The notes under the pieces are model-generated. The model did not search any database. It saw nothing but the letters and a program-made list of their open reading frames with translations, and was not told where the DNA came from. 64,000 bases of DNA from Eledone cirrhosa (Eukaryota). Positions 1 through 12,240 of this stretch are shown here, one piece after another. Position 1 is the stretch's first letter. Every line of letters begins with the position of its first letter. The position numbers and the translations under genes are program-made. The stretch is taken from positions 24,056,001 to 24,120,000 of the forward strand of contig OZ024747.1 of NCBI GenBank assembly GCA_964016885.1, in the 5' to 3' direction.

Positions 1-225
1 TGTATGTATGTATGTATGTATGTATGTATGTATGTATGTATGTATGTATGTATGTATGTATGTATACATGTATGTATGTATGTATGTATGTATGTATGTA
101 TGTATGTATGTATGTATGTATGTATGCATGTATGTATGTATGTATGTATGTATGTATGTATGTATGTATACATGTATGTATGTATGTATGTATGTATGTA
201 TGTATGTATACATGTATGTATGCAT
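1..225. repeat. (TGTA)n microsatellite
   Basis: Direct reading; the MYVC-type ORFs are artefacts of this repeat. Confidence 0.97.
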
Positions 226-748
226 GTCAGGTTGTTCTCGAGTGCTACTGGTAACATGTAACCCAGTACAACCTGTCTCATGGTCGGGTCATCGGTATCT
301 AAACTGGCAACCCCACCAAGCTAGCTTGGCGGGGAGGGTGATATTTAAACATCCTGCTGGATAAAATACAAGACCCGGCAAAGGGCGGAGTAATTCAGCA
401 GAGTCAACGGCCATCCAAATAGTATTGGGGGGGGGGGGTCACCTGGAAATGAAAGGCCCCCTAGTTGTCACAACACCTTTCTAGGAGAGGGAAACTCTGA
501 CAAAAAACCTGCGGCTTCGGAAACATCTGATGATGTTGACCAGTTCTCCTTTTCGGGTAGTGTTTTCGATGCTCAGAGAGTGGGATTGGTCGAGTGCAAG
601 GCCTTTCCCCACTTAAAAAACCTTCAAAGCACAAGCATTGCTTGTTCAGGGTCTGTTACAGGTTCGTGTGGCTGGCCGTAGCCTAAAAGTGCACCAAATT
701 ATAATCTGACAAACGATTGCAATACTCTTAGCAGAGTTTGCAGCCATC
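226..748 (+). mobile_element. Short non-autonomous RTE-related retroelement, diverged subfamily (copy A)
   Basis: 5' part (gtcagg...gtgctactggtaacatgta.cccagtacaacctgtc) aligns with copies at 7665 and 9067; ends GCAGCCATC+(ATGT)n like the RTE at 2641; no ORF. Confidence 0.8.
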
Positions 749-1236
749 ATGTATGTATGTATGTATGTATGTATGTATGTATGTATGTATGTATGTATTA
801 TGTATGTATGTATGTATGTATGTATGTATGTATGTATGTATGTATGTATGTATGCATGTATGCATGCATGCATGTATGTATGTATGTATGTATGTATGTA
901 TGCATGTATGTATGTATGCATGTATGTATGTATGTATGTATGTATGCATGTATGTATGTATGTATGTATGTATGTATGTATATATGTATGTATGTATTAT
1001 GTATGTATGTATGTATGTATGTATGTATGCATGCATGTATGTATGTATGTATGTATGCATGTATGTATGTATGTATGTATGTATGTATGTATGTATGCAT
1101 GCATGCATGTATGTATGTATGTATGTATGTATGTATGAATGTATGTATGTATGTATCTATGTATGTATGTATGTATGTATGTATGTATGCATGTATGTAT
1201 GTATGTATGTATGTATGTATGTATGTATGTATGTAT
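749..1236. repeat. (ATGT)n array with ATGC variants
   Basis: Direct reading. Confidence 0.95.
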
Positions 1237-2161
1237 GATTAGGATTAGGAAAGCAAGTGATGCTTTCGGAAAGCTAGAAAGGCGACTCTGGGGTCGGCGA
1301 GACATATGCAGGAGGACAAAGGTAAAGGTGTACAGGGCATGTGTACTCTCTTGTCTTCTTTATGCCTGCGAGACCTGGGTCACATATCGACGCCACCTTA
1401 AGCAATTGGAGCGTTTCCATCAGATGTGTCTCAGACGGATACATGGCGTTCACTGGAGGGACCACATCAGTGATGTCGAGATTTTGGAAAGCTCTATGTG
1501 TGACAGTATAGAAGCTCTTGTGCTTAAGCAGCGACTCCGTTGGAGTGGTCACCTTGCCAGGATGAAGGATTCTAGAATACCAAAACAACTCTTCTATGGA
1601 GAGTTGGTTAAAGGAAAACGACCGCCACATAAACCAAAAAAGAGGTATAAGGATTCCTTGAAGGCCTCTCTGAAAGACGCTAACATCTCTGCTGATACAT
1701 GGGAAAATATTGCTGCTGATCGTAGTAAATGGAGAAAGACTGTATATGAGGGAAAAGTTGCCTTTGAGGCATCTCGAATCGCACACGAGAAAGTAAGGCG
1801 GGACGTGAGGAAGGGTATTGCTGTTGCACTTCCAGACGGCGAGGGTTCTCCTATGTTTCTGACATGCAGCGTCTGTGCGAGACTCTGCCTAAGCAAAGCT
1901 GGACTCGAAAGTCATCTTCGCAGTCATAAAGTAAGACCAGTGGTTGACTACCAGGCTGCTGTTGGAGATGCTACTCATCATGCTTGCCAAACATGTGGTA
2001 GAGAATGTAAATCAGCAGGAGGACTCAAGCGACATGCAAAAGTACACGAACTCCAACCACAGCCGACTATTCCCAGTAAATGTTTTGGTTGCCGACTCTG
2101 TGCAAGACATTTTAGATCATTGGCTGGGCTAAAAAGCCACATTCGAACGCAGCACTGTTAG
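1237..2161 (+). CDS. C-terminal part of RTE ORF (post-RT region plus three C2H2-like zinc fingers)
   Basis: Non-repeat part of ORF 1139..2161; CSVC..HLRSH, CQTC..HAKVH, CRLC..HIRTQH. Confidence 0.85.
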
Positions 2162-2169
2162 TTGCTATC

Positions 2170-2207
<38 letters not shown>

Positions 2208-2286
2208 GCTTATGTGCGTGCGTGTGTGTGTATATATATATGAATATGTATATTATTATTGTTGTTGTCGTTATTATTATTATTGC

Positions 2287-2344
<58 letters not shown>

Positions 2345-2462
2345 GTTATTAATGTATGTGTGTATATATGTGTGAGTGTATGTGTATGTATGTGTGTGTG
2401 TATATATGTATGTATGTGTATGTATGTGTGTGTGTATATATATGTGTATATATATGTGTATA

Positions 2463-2495
<33 letters not shown>

Positions 2496-2527
2496 CTTTT
2501 CCCTTTTTTTATTTTTTTTTTTTATTT

Positions 2528-2587
<60 letters not shown>

Positions 2588-2649
2588 TTTTTTTTTTATT
2601 TTTTTTTTATTGTGCAATGGCCATACTCGATAACGAGGGGGCAGCCATC
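1237..2649 (+). mobile_element. 5'-truncated RTE-clade LINE
   Basis: RTE C-terminal motifs RIRKASDAFGKL, LLYACETW, RLRWSGHLARM, PKQLFYGEL, WENIAADRSKWR; microsatellite-rich 3' UTR ending in a hairpin, GCAGCCATC and (ATGT)n. Confidence 0.92.
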
Positions 2650-3102
2650 ATGTATGTATGTATGTATGTATGTATGCATGTATGTATGTATGCATGCATG
2701 TATGTATGCATGTATGCATGTATGTATGTATGTATGTATGTATGTATGCATGTATGTATGTATGCATGTATGTATGCATGTATGTATGTATGGATGGATG
2801 TAAAAAATGCAGTTGACCTAAGAAGCATTGGGAAAATTTGAAATTTGAAATTTGAAATATGTAAATAACCTTAATAATAGTCGATCACTATATATGATAT
2901 TTGAGAAAATCGGCCAACTAAAGATGGAATTGAGGTCAGCGGTTATTTAGCGAAAATGGTAGAGAGGAGAAAACTATGTATCGTTGTTAATCACGTACTC
3001 TTCCTGTAGATTGCAGATATGTCCTTGTGATACATTCCCATTTATATGTCTCTGTATAAATAAATTATGTATGCTCTCTCTCTCCCCCCCCCCCCTCTCT
3101 CC

Positions 3103-3150
<48 letters not shown>

Positions 3151-3221
3151 CTCCACACACACACATACATATATAGTAATGATAAATGTAAAGACTAAAA
3201 TCCGAAGAGGGCTCGATAAGG

Positions 3222-3303
<82 letters not shown>

Positions 3304-3306
<3 letters not shown>

Positions 3307-3488
3307 AGAGTCAGGACTCCGACGGCTGAGCCCCGGCCGTTTCGACAGCTAGTTCTGAACTAGCTGTCGAAACGGCCGGAGCTCAGCCGTCGAGGTCCGG
3401 ACTCTTTTCCAATTACCCACTCTTCTACCCATAGTATCGAGTAATCTTGTGCGTTATGGTCCACCTGGTTTCTTACCACGCTTCCTTC

Positions 3489-3492
<4 letters not shown>
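3304..3492 (+). mobile_element. Short repeat with ~100-bp terminal palindrome; putative Penelope-like pLTR stub (family X)
   Basis: Palindrome ~3304-3408 centred on CTAGTTC-T-GAACTAG; relatives at 14787, 36779 and 42499-42803; flanked by (TA)n. Confidence 0.55.
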
Positions 3493-3543
<51 letters not shown>

Positions 3544-3580
3544 TATTAATAAATGGAAACTATATTTATAAAACCATATT

Positions 3581-3645
3581 TATTTCATTATATATATTTC
3601 AAGGATACCAAGTTAAATCATGGTGTGCTTTCATCAGATAAAATA
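3581..3645 (-). ncRNA. Type I hammerhead ribozyme motif
   Basis: Minus strand TATTTTAT-CTGATGA-AAGCACACCA..TGGTATCCTT-GAAAT-atat-ATA-ATGAAATA. Confidence 0.7.
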
Positions 3646-3829
3646 CAATATATAACAGTTTTACTAATAGATAATTGACGTACCCTTTCAAAAAGGTGAC
3701 CGTTGTTTTTGGAGGCCATCCGGATAGTGTATCCTTGAAATATATATAATGATTCCGGGAGCTTCCAACAGTAATGGTTGCATTCTTTAAGGGTATGTCA
3801 ATATTTATTTATAAAACTGATCTATATTA

Positions 3830-3894
3830 TATTTTATCTGATGAAAGCACACCATAATTTAACTTGGTGTCCTTGAAATATGTATAATGAAATA
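3830..3894 (+). ncRNA. Type I hammerhead ribozyme motif
   Basis: Stem I TATTTTAT/ATGAAATA; core CTGATGA at 3838; stem II AAGCACACCA/TGGTGTCCTT; GAAAT at 3875; minimal stem III; AUA triplet. Confidence 0.75.
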
Positions 3895-4021
3895 AATATG
3901 GTTTTATAAATATAGTTTCCATTTGTTAATATCGTATTTTTACTCCAAATATTTGTTGAGTGCTTTATATCAGTTATAAAAATATTTGCTTGTTGTATCC
4001 CAACAATTTAAATAGAACTTT

Positions 4022-4066
<45 letters not shown>

Positions 4067-4129
4067 GTAGAGTAAATATTTATTATAAGAACAGATTAAA
4101 GTTTAAGCAAAGAATCGCAAGAGTCATAA

Positions 4130-4720
4130 ACTATAGATTGGGGTCGACCAAACATTGTCAGTAGAATTGGGTTGACGGAAACTGAATAGAACCTGTCGAA
4201 TGGATAGTACCTATTATTCAAAAGTTCAGCTTTACTGGACACAGTATCACGCTGAATCTAGTTGAGAACTAAGTTAAGCGAGCACGTGTATGTAGAATGT
4301 TGAGCCACTTCGACTATAATACCATATGAATCGTACCAGTAATTAAAGGGACCAGCCTTATCACGCACTGTGTCACATCACGAGGGCCCCGTGTCTTTGG
4401 AATGTTCAGCCAGGTTTAATTAACCCTTTAGCATTTAAACCGGCTGTATCCGGCCAAAAATCTCTCACCTATTTTTGTTAAAACCGGCTGTATCTGGCCC
4501 TTCATACTGACTTTAAGGTATTGTTCTTAAGATAGATAACATTAAAATCTCATAGATTCCAGATTATGTGAGATAACTATGTGAGGTTAATCCTTTACCA
4601 CAAATATACAATAGTATATATAGAGTAATGCAAATGCTAAAAGGTTAAATTTAATTTCATGAGAAGGCTTTTCCGTTGATCGAACAACTAGAGCACACAT
4701 AGTTTACGATGGAGGTCCTT
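4130..4720 (+). mobile_element. Interspersed SINE-like repeat remnant interrupted by a MITE
   Basis: Segments similar to 20740-20990, 21280-21420 and (inverted) 37255-37475. Confidence 0.55.
4424..4644. mobile_element. piggyBac-type MITE
   Basis: TIRs CCCTTTAGCATTT / AAATGCTAAAAGG flanked by TTAA on both sides (4420-4423, 4645-4648). Confidence 0.7.
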
Positions 4721-5018
4721 TCTATGGAAGGTCAATGAATATTAAAAAGAAAACAACAATTGCATTAACCTTCCATTGGTTTCCGATAGAATCAGGGCCA
4801 ATGCTCGCCAGCGTATACTAATTATTATTGTATTTTACAAAACATGTCTAAACAGCGATATTTTCTGATTTCATAGAAATGTGAAAATATATTTGTTTTA
4901 TATTTCCCACCTTTTTTTTTGTTAGTTAATTCAATGTGAGGGCTTTATCTGGGAGTCACGTATATGTATGTTCTTCTGGTTTTATAATTTCACAAAGTTT
5001 TACCAATAGAGAGAGAGA

Positions 5019-7433
5019 GTCGGTTTCTAATATAGACACAAGACTCTCTCATTGGAATTTACACAACATCAACTAGGTAGATATGTATGTATGCATGTGT
5101 AGATATGGATGTTATTGTATGTGTGGATGTGTATGTTTTGAGTTGTATGTGTGCATGTGTATATGATTTGTATCTGTACATGTGTATTTGCAGTTATTAG
5201 ATGCACAATTTTTGGAATGTTTTACACATTTTTACTGTTACATTAATGGATTGTACTTGTAATTTCCTAACTAGTTGTGTTCTTTCTGTTCCTGTGAAGC
5301 CTAGCTTCTCAAGATTTGTATTGAGGCAGTTACTAACAAATCCCAGTGCCCCAATAATCACAGGCATAAATCTGAAGGTGTAATCAGGGTGGAGTATCTG
5401 CAGATTTCTCATCAGTTCTGCATAAATATTCTCCTTTTCACTAATCTTTGATATTATATTGGCATCTGCTGGGCAGCTAATTTCCACTACTGTGCATGTT
5501 TTCTTCTCCCTGTCTCATATCATAATATCTGGTCTGTTATGCCTGCATTTTATTGGGGTTTTTACTGGAACATTCCACCAGTACTCTTTCATATTATGTA
5601 CATGGATGTCTTCCACATTGTTGTAGCTTTTAATGTGTTTATTATCGGGGCTATCTTTTTTACGAACTGCATTGTACAGTGTTTTGGCCACTACATCATG
5701 CCTCATAGGTAGATAGTACCGCGATGACATCTTTGGGCAGCTGCTGATGACATGGGTGATATCCTCGATGTTAGTTCTGCAGAGTCTGCACTTGTTATCA
5801 CATCTAGGTGTTTTGCCTGCATCCCTATCTCTTTTGTGAATCAGGTATTTCGTGCTAATCTCCTGTTCTTGGATTGCAAAAGCGTATCCTTCAAAGTGGG
5901 AGCCAATATAGCGGTTGTTGGTCCAAGATAGACTACTTTCCTTATCTATATTACTCTCACTCTGGAGCTTCCTGGCAACATATCCATGCATGATTTTTTG
6001 CTGATAGGCATGCAGTTTTTCATCCATGGATTCATTGCGATACTGCTGAGCGACATCCCTGGGTGTGAGTTTTTGATTATCACACAGGGAATATCTCTCA
6101 AGGAGTTCCTTCCCAACTCTCATGATCTTATCTGTTTCATGCTGATAGACTTGCTCGAGAAGCGGGCTCCTACGCTTCGATGTTCGTAGATTTTGTCGGA
6201 GAGATATGATGCGACATTCAAATGTTGTCTGGACTGATGTTAGGCCTCTGCCTCCCTGCTTACGTTTCAAGTAAAGGCGGTCTATGTCACTGTTGATGTG
6301 GAAGTTTCCGGTGTTGTTCAGTATTTTTCGCGTTCCAACATCAACTGCTCGGATTTCGTCTATCGTCCAATTGAGTATTCCAAACGTTGGTGTTAGGACA
6401 GGCACAGCAAACACCTTGTGAGCCACTGTTTTGTTTTGCGCAGAGAGTTCCGATGACCAGATCTTTCTTAATCGGGTGTAGTATTCCCTGGTTACGCGTT
6501 CTTTATTACAGATACCATTATAGGATATGTTCTCATCTATCCCCAGGTATGTGTAGCAGTCCTCATCAGATATCGGTGAAACAGTTAGACCATTGATGAC
6601 AATGCTGCTAGATTGGGTTGTTGTTTTTCCCCGCTTTACAATCATGTATGAGCATTTATCTTGGCCAAACTCCATTCCTATATCCTTTGAGAACGTTGTA
6701 ACCAGGTCAAGATTTTTCTTCATCCCATCCATGTTCTTGGCATAGAGTTTCAGATCGTCCACAAAGAAGTTATGGGTTAGGTTCGTATTTCTGTCCTCCT
6801 GTGAGCCAATGATGTATCCCTCACATTTCTTGAGCAGAAAGGACAAGGGGTTTAATGACAAGATGAACAATATCACAGAGAGACTGTCCCCCTGAAATAT
6901 ACCCCTGCAATATTTTATTTTATCAGTGAAAATAGAGTCCTCCCTCTCTGTCTTCAACCTTAGGATAGTAGCCCAAGAAGAAGACAGCCTCCCTATGGCT
7001 CTGACAATAATGTCTGGGACTTTAGCAAGTTGGAGGGCCTCTATCATCCAAGAGTGGGAAACAGAATCAAAAGCTTTCTTGTAGTCCAGCCAGACTGTAG
7101 TCATATTCCTCCTAAGTTGTCGCACCTCCGACATCGCAGTTTTGTTGATTAGGAGTTGTTCAGCACATCCCCAAACCCTTTTCTTTCCAGCTGCTTGTTC
7201 ATCTGTGATGATGTTATTATTTTCACAGTGATCTTGGAGGAATAGGTTGAGGCAGGCTGTATACATCTTATACATCAGGTTCTGGCATGCAATGGGTCGG
7301 TAGTTTTTTGCCAAGTGGGTGTCTTTGTTCTTGGGAACCAGTAACGTTTGTGTTAATGTCAACCATTCTGGTATAAGTGTATCTCCCTTAAGAACTTGTT
7401 GATAGAGGTCAGTAAGATACCTCCGATAGAATA
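5019..7433 (-). mobile_element. 5'-truncated R4/Dong-like RLE non-LTR retrotransposon (family 2)
   Basis: RT motifs NYRPIAC, WLDYKKAFDSV, GIFQGDSLS, FFVDDLKLY; CCHC CRLC..HVISSC; RPD..EISCP; homologous to but diverged from ORF 26100; 3' boundary approximate. Confidence 0.9.
5197..7433 (-). pseudogene. RT-CCHC-RLE ORF interrupted by one stop at 5515-5517
   Basis: ORFs 5515..7362 and 5197..5487 share a frame; the TGA lies where the homolog has Trp (DIVVW). Confidence 0.85.
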
Positions 7434-7442
7434 TTATGTATG

Positions 7443-7522
7443 TATCCTTACGGGGTCGATAAAATAAAGTACCAGTAATGCACTGGATAATTGCTGGCCT
7501 TGTGCCTAAAGTAGAAACAATT
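7443..7522 (+). mobile_element. 3' fragment of the tRNA-derived SINE
   Basis: atccttacggggtcgataaaataaagtaccag...gtgcctaaagtagaaacaatt matches other copies in the window. Confidence 0.8.
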
Positions 7523-7664
7523 ATGTATGTATGTATGTATGTATGTATGTATGTATGTATGTATGTATGTATGTATGTATGTATGTATGTATGTATGTAT
7601 GTTTGTATACATGTATGTATGTATGTATGTATGTGTGTATGTATGTATGTATGTATGTATGTAT

Positions 7665-8272
7665 GTCAGGTCACTAGTTGGTGCTACTGGTAACATGTAT
7701 CCCAGTACAACCTGTCCCATGGTCGGGTCGTTGGCGACTAAACTGGCAACCCCACCAAGGTTTCTTGGTGAGGAGGGTGACTTTGGACATCCTGCAGGAC
7801 TAAAAACAAAACCTGTCAAAGGGCAAAGGAGCTCTTAAGAGTCAATGCCCATCCAAAATCACTGGGAGAGATGACCCCTTAGCCTTTGTCAAGGCAGAAT
7901 TCTAGGAGAAGGAAAACTCTGATATAACACCTGCAACCCTGATGGTATCCAATGATATTGACTTGTTATTCTTTTTGGTAAATATCATTTTGGTTAAGAG
8001 AGTGGGACTGGCTTTGTGCAGTGCCTTTTCTCACTATAAAAGCTTCATGGCACAGGCATTGCTTTATATCTGGAGATCTCTCTGCACTTGTCGTCACATG
8101 GTACCATGGGCCCAGCACTATGTGTCAATAATTGTCACAAGTGTAGCGTTTGTACCAGAGTTTTCAAGTCGCTGGCTGGACTAAAAAGTCACACTCGTTC
8201 AGCGCATCGGTAGGGTTTCTCCTACATGGATATAAAGTAGTGGCCGTACTCGAAAACGAGTTGGCAGCCACC
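7665..8272 (+). mobile_element. Non-autonomous RTE-related element (copy B, ~0.6 kb)
   Basis: Highly similar to copies at 8478, 9067 and 23556; zinc-finger remnant; 3' hairpin ACTCG-AAAA-CGAGT then GCAGCCACC. Confidence 0.88.
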
Positions 8273-8477
8273 ATGTATATATGTATGTGTTTGTATGTAT
8301 GTATGTATGTATGTATGTATGTATGTATGTATGTATGTATGTATGTATGTATGTATATGTATGTGTATATATGTATGTATATATATGTGTATGTATGTAT
8401 GTGTGTATGTATGTGTATGTATATATGTATGTATGTGTATGTATATATGTGTGTATATGTGCATACATATATACATA

Positions 8478-8936
8478 TGTCAAAGGGCAAAGGAGCTCTT
8501 AAGAGTCAATGGCCATCCAAAATCACCGGGAGAGATGACCCCTTAGCCTTTGTCAAGGCAGAATTCTGGGAGAAGGAAAACTCTGATATAACACCTGCAA
8601 CCCTGATGGTATCCAATGATGTTGACTTGTTCTTCTTTTTGGTAAATATCATCTTGGTTAAGAGACTGGGACTGGCTTTGTGCAGTGCCTTTGCTCACTA
8701 TAAAAGCTTCACGGCACAGGCATTGCTTTATATCTGGAGATCTCTCTGCACTTGTCGTCACGTGGTACCATGGGCCCAGCACTATGTGTCAATAATTGTC
8801 ACAGGTGTAGTGTTTGTACCAGAGTTTTCAAGTCCCTGGCTGGACTAAAAAGTCACACTCGTTCAGCGCATCGGTAGGGGTTCTTCTACATGGATATAAA
8901 GTAGTGGCCGTACTCGAAAACGAGTTGGCAGCCACC
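8478..8936 (+). mobile_element. Non-autonomous RTE-related element (copy C, 5'-truncated)
   Basis: Colinear with copy B from gtcaaagggcaaagg; same 3' end. Confidence 0.88.
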
Positions 8937-8969
<33 letters not shown>

Positions 8970-9066
8970 TGTATGTATGTATGTATGTATGCATGCATGT
9001 ATGTATGTATGTATGTATGTATGTATGTATGTATGTATGTATGTATGTATGTATGTATGTATGTAT

Positions 9067-9660
9067 GTCAGGTCACCAGTTGGTGCTACTGGTAACATGT
9101 ATCCCAGTACAACCTGTCTCATGGACGGGTCGTTGGCGACTAAACTGGCGACCCTACCAAGGTATCTTGGTGAGGAGGGTGACTTTGGACATCCTGCAGG
9201 ACTAAAAACAAAACCTGTCAAAGGGCAAAGGAGCTCTTAAGAGTCAATGGCCATCCAAAATCACCGGGAGAGATGACCCCTTAGACTTTGTCAAGGCAGA
9301 ATTCTAGGAGAAGGAAAACTCTGATATAACACCTGCAACCCTGATGGTATCCAATGATGTTGACTTGTTCTTCTTTTTGGTAAATATCATCTTGGTTAAG
9401 AGAGTGGGACTGGCTTTGTGCAGCGCCTTATATCTGGCTTTGTGCAGTGCTTTATATCTGGAGATCTCTTTGCACTTGTCATCACAGGGTACCATGGGCC
9501 CAGCACTATGTGTCAGTAATTGTCACAAGTGTAGTGTTTGTACCAGAGTGTTCAAGTCGCTAGCTGGACTAAAAAGTCACACTCGTTCAGCGCATCAGTA
9601 GGGGTTCTCCTACATGATTATAAAGTAGTGGCCGTACTCGAAAACGAGTTGGCAGCCACC
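9067..9660 (+). mobile_element. Non-autonomous RTE-related element (copy D)
   Basis: Colinear with copy B with a small internal rearrangement near 9410-9460; encodes CSVCTRVFKSLAGLKSHTRSAH. Confidence 0.88.
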
Positions 9661-9734
9661 ATGTATGTATGTATGCATGTATGCATGAATGCACACCTGT
9701 ATGTATGTATGTTTATATGCATGCATTCATGTAT

Positions 9735-9908
9735 TGTGGGGGAGTGTTGAAAAGAGTGTGCACCGTAACACCTACTGCGAGAGGCCCCTATTGCTGCAAC
9801 GTATGTGTAAGTGTGTGCAAGTCACTAGCAGCACTAAAAAGCCACGTCCATGCTACTCCTGCTTAAGTACCAAGCGATAGCATTACTCGAAATCGAGTTA
9901 CAGCCATT
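9735..9908 (+). mobile_element. 3' stub of another RTE-related family (copy E)
   Basis: Encodes CNVCVSVCKSLAALKSHVH; hairpin ACTCG-AAAT-CGAGT, then CAGCCAT and ATGT. Confidence 0.7.
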
Positions 9909-10056
9909 ATGTATGTTTTTATGTCCCGTAACTTAACAGTTCGACAAAAAGAGATCGATAAGATATGTAGCAGAATTGAAAAAAATAAGTACTGGGTTGG
10001 GTATGATCGACAGAACCACGCTGGTGCCTCAGAATGACTGTAGTCTACTGAAACAA

Positions 10057-10127
<71 letters not shown>

Positions 10128-11088
10128 TGTTTCTTTATTAGCCACAGGGGCACAAAAGAAGGGGACAAATACAAAGGGGGAAGTTTACATACAATAAAAA
10201 CGTGTAAAATATTATCACAAATGCAATTTAAAAATTAGTCGATTTTCCCCAATAGGGGGGAGACAGTTCATATGGGTAACACATACCCCCGAAAAAATGT
10301 GCAACCCTCATCTCCAGGAGTACGAAGAGTTTGTACTCCTTTCCTCTCCTCCTCCTTTTCCTCAACCTACAGGCTGATATAGAGAGAAGGCCCATTCACT
10401 CGGGCCATTCTCGCCACTTTCACCCACCTTTCATAAAACTTGCTGGGGTACAGCACCTCTCTCTCCATCCTGATTCTTCTTCCAAAGTGGTATTTGAAAA
10501 AAAGAATCAGTTGTTGGCCGGAGAGAAAGGTGTCTGACCTCAGCCCTTTCAACCTTGTCCACCATACAACCTCTTTCGCCATAGCTATCACACAAAGGAA
10601 AACCGCCTCTCCTTCGTTTTTGAAGGAGGGTGGCGGTTTGATCATGACAATGGACTCGGTGGTCAACCGGATTGGTCCCACCCGTTCTACATAGTCGTTC
10701 TTCATAGCCCCACAGGTCGGTGACGCCCGGGCAGTGTATAAATGCGTGCGCGACGGTTTCTTCGTCTCGCACGCACCTCGGACAGATTTTTTTGCAGGGT
10801 CCCTGTTCGGGCGCCCATGTCTGTAGAGCTTGTCTCGAACTGGTAGAGCTCCTCGGTAGCACTGCCAGGCCAGGGACTTTTGGAAGTTGTCCATCGGTCC
10901 CGGGCGGAAGGTCCTACCGAACAGACTGTCCAGTTCGTCTTCCTCTACGCTCAGAGTTTCACCGAGCACGTCGTCGCACTTGCTGCGGATTAGACTAGTT
11001 AATGTTTAGTAAAGAATTAGCGTTAGATAGAAATAGAACCGAGAAAGAACTGGTAGATAAAGTAGAAGAGGCAATTAGAAGTGGCAAC

Positions 11089-12203
11089 TATAGAATGACG
11101 AAGAGGAGTCTCCACTGATCGCCGGGCCCAGCTAACAGCTTTGGCTCCCTCGTTTCCCAGAACACGTATTTTGCTTCTGACAACGCAGCCCTCATGCTTT
11201 GCGTCGAAGAACTGGTCCAAGGCCGTTCTCGTTGCTAGCACGCTGGCTACGTTGCCACTTCTAATTGCCTCTTCTACTTTATCTACCAGTTCTTTCTCGG
11301 TTCTATTTCTATCTAACACTAATTCTTTACTAAAACTAACGAGTCTAATATAACTGCCCTCTTGAGAGAGTACCACCATCTGTTGTTGACAATGGCCCCT
11401 GTCAAGTGCTGTTTAACTAAAGTGCTAATCCGTCTACTGTAGGCTTTGCATGTCGGTAACGACAAGTTCAGCTTCCAGTAGCCGGGTCCTTGTCTATGGG
11501 TTCTATTAAGGTTGACCATGCAGGTCACTAGTTTGTGATCTGAATAGGCAACCATGAACATTTGTGGACAGCTTAACATGTCCCTATCCTTATTTCTAAC
11601 TAGAACCCTATCTAGGTACGATCTAGATGTTCCGCTGCGATTAGTCCACGTCCACAGTGGCACAGTCGGAAAATCTAGTCGATATCTATCGGCCAGGTCA
11701 AATCGGCCGATTAACTGTTTGAGGATGTTACACACCCCTTTATCGGGACATGCTCCCACATAGTCCCAACGTGCATCTAGGAATCCATTCCAGTCCCCCA
11801 CTAAAAGCAAGGAGCGGGACGTTCCCAGAAAAGTCTCTAGACGTTTGAAGAAGTCTGGCCGCGTGTCCCGGATGGGGCATATGCGACCACCAGCCTGAAG
11901 GCTCCACCTTCACTACCGTCAACGTCTAGGACCACCAGTAGACCCTCCGGGTCCAGATGTACCGTCTGTGTTACGAGGCCCAGGTGTTTCCGCAGCAAAA
12001 CGGCAAACCCGCCCCCACCCCCCGGCTGACAGAGAGATGCGTAGATCTCAAAGTCATCGAAGATGGGGGCCAGCTGTCACTCGCTGTGGATCCTGGACTC
12101 GCAAATGGCAACTACATCCATACTGTGCGACCTGAGGTCGTTTAAGAGTTTGCCCTGTTTCCAGGGCATCCTCATTCACACACCCAACTCTTATATTGGC
12201 CAT
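11089..12203 (-). pseudogene. Tx1/L1-like ORF2 AP-endonuclease domain and linker, frameshifted
   Basis: ORFs 11319..11810 and 11023..11379. Confidence 0.8.
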
Positions 12204-12240
12204 GTTGGTTCTGAAAAGTTAAAAGAGGAGAAGAAAACAC

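Larger units (their letters stand above)
3539..3936. repeat. ~400-bp imperfect inverted repeat with a hammerhead motif in each arm
   Basis: 3539-3725 pairs with ~3752-3936; outer arms near-identical, inner arms diverged. Confidence 0.85.

Noticed and set aside
4-1242. MYVC/HTYI-type ORFs here and at 22.7-25.4 kb and 32.7-33.6 kb
   Set aside because: Translations of stop-free (TGTA)n repeats
5515-5517. In-frame TGA as possible selenocysteine or readthrough
   Set aside because: Aligns to Trp in the intact homolog; simple TGG>TGA nonsense change in a truncated copy
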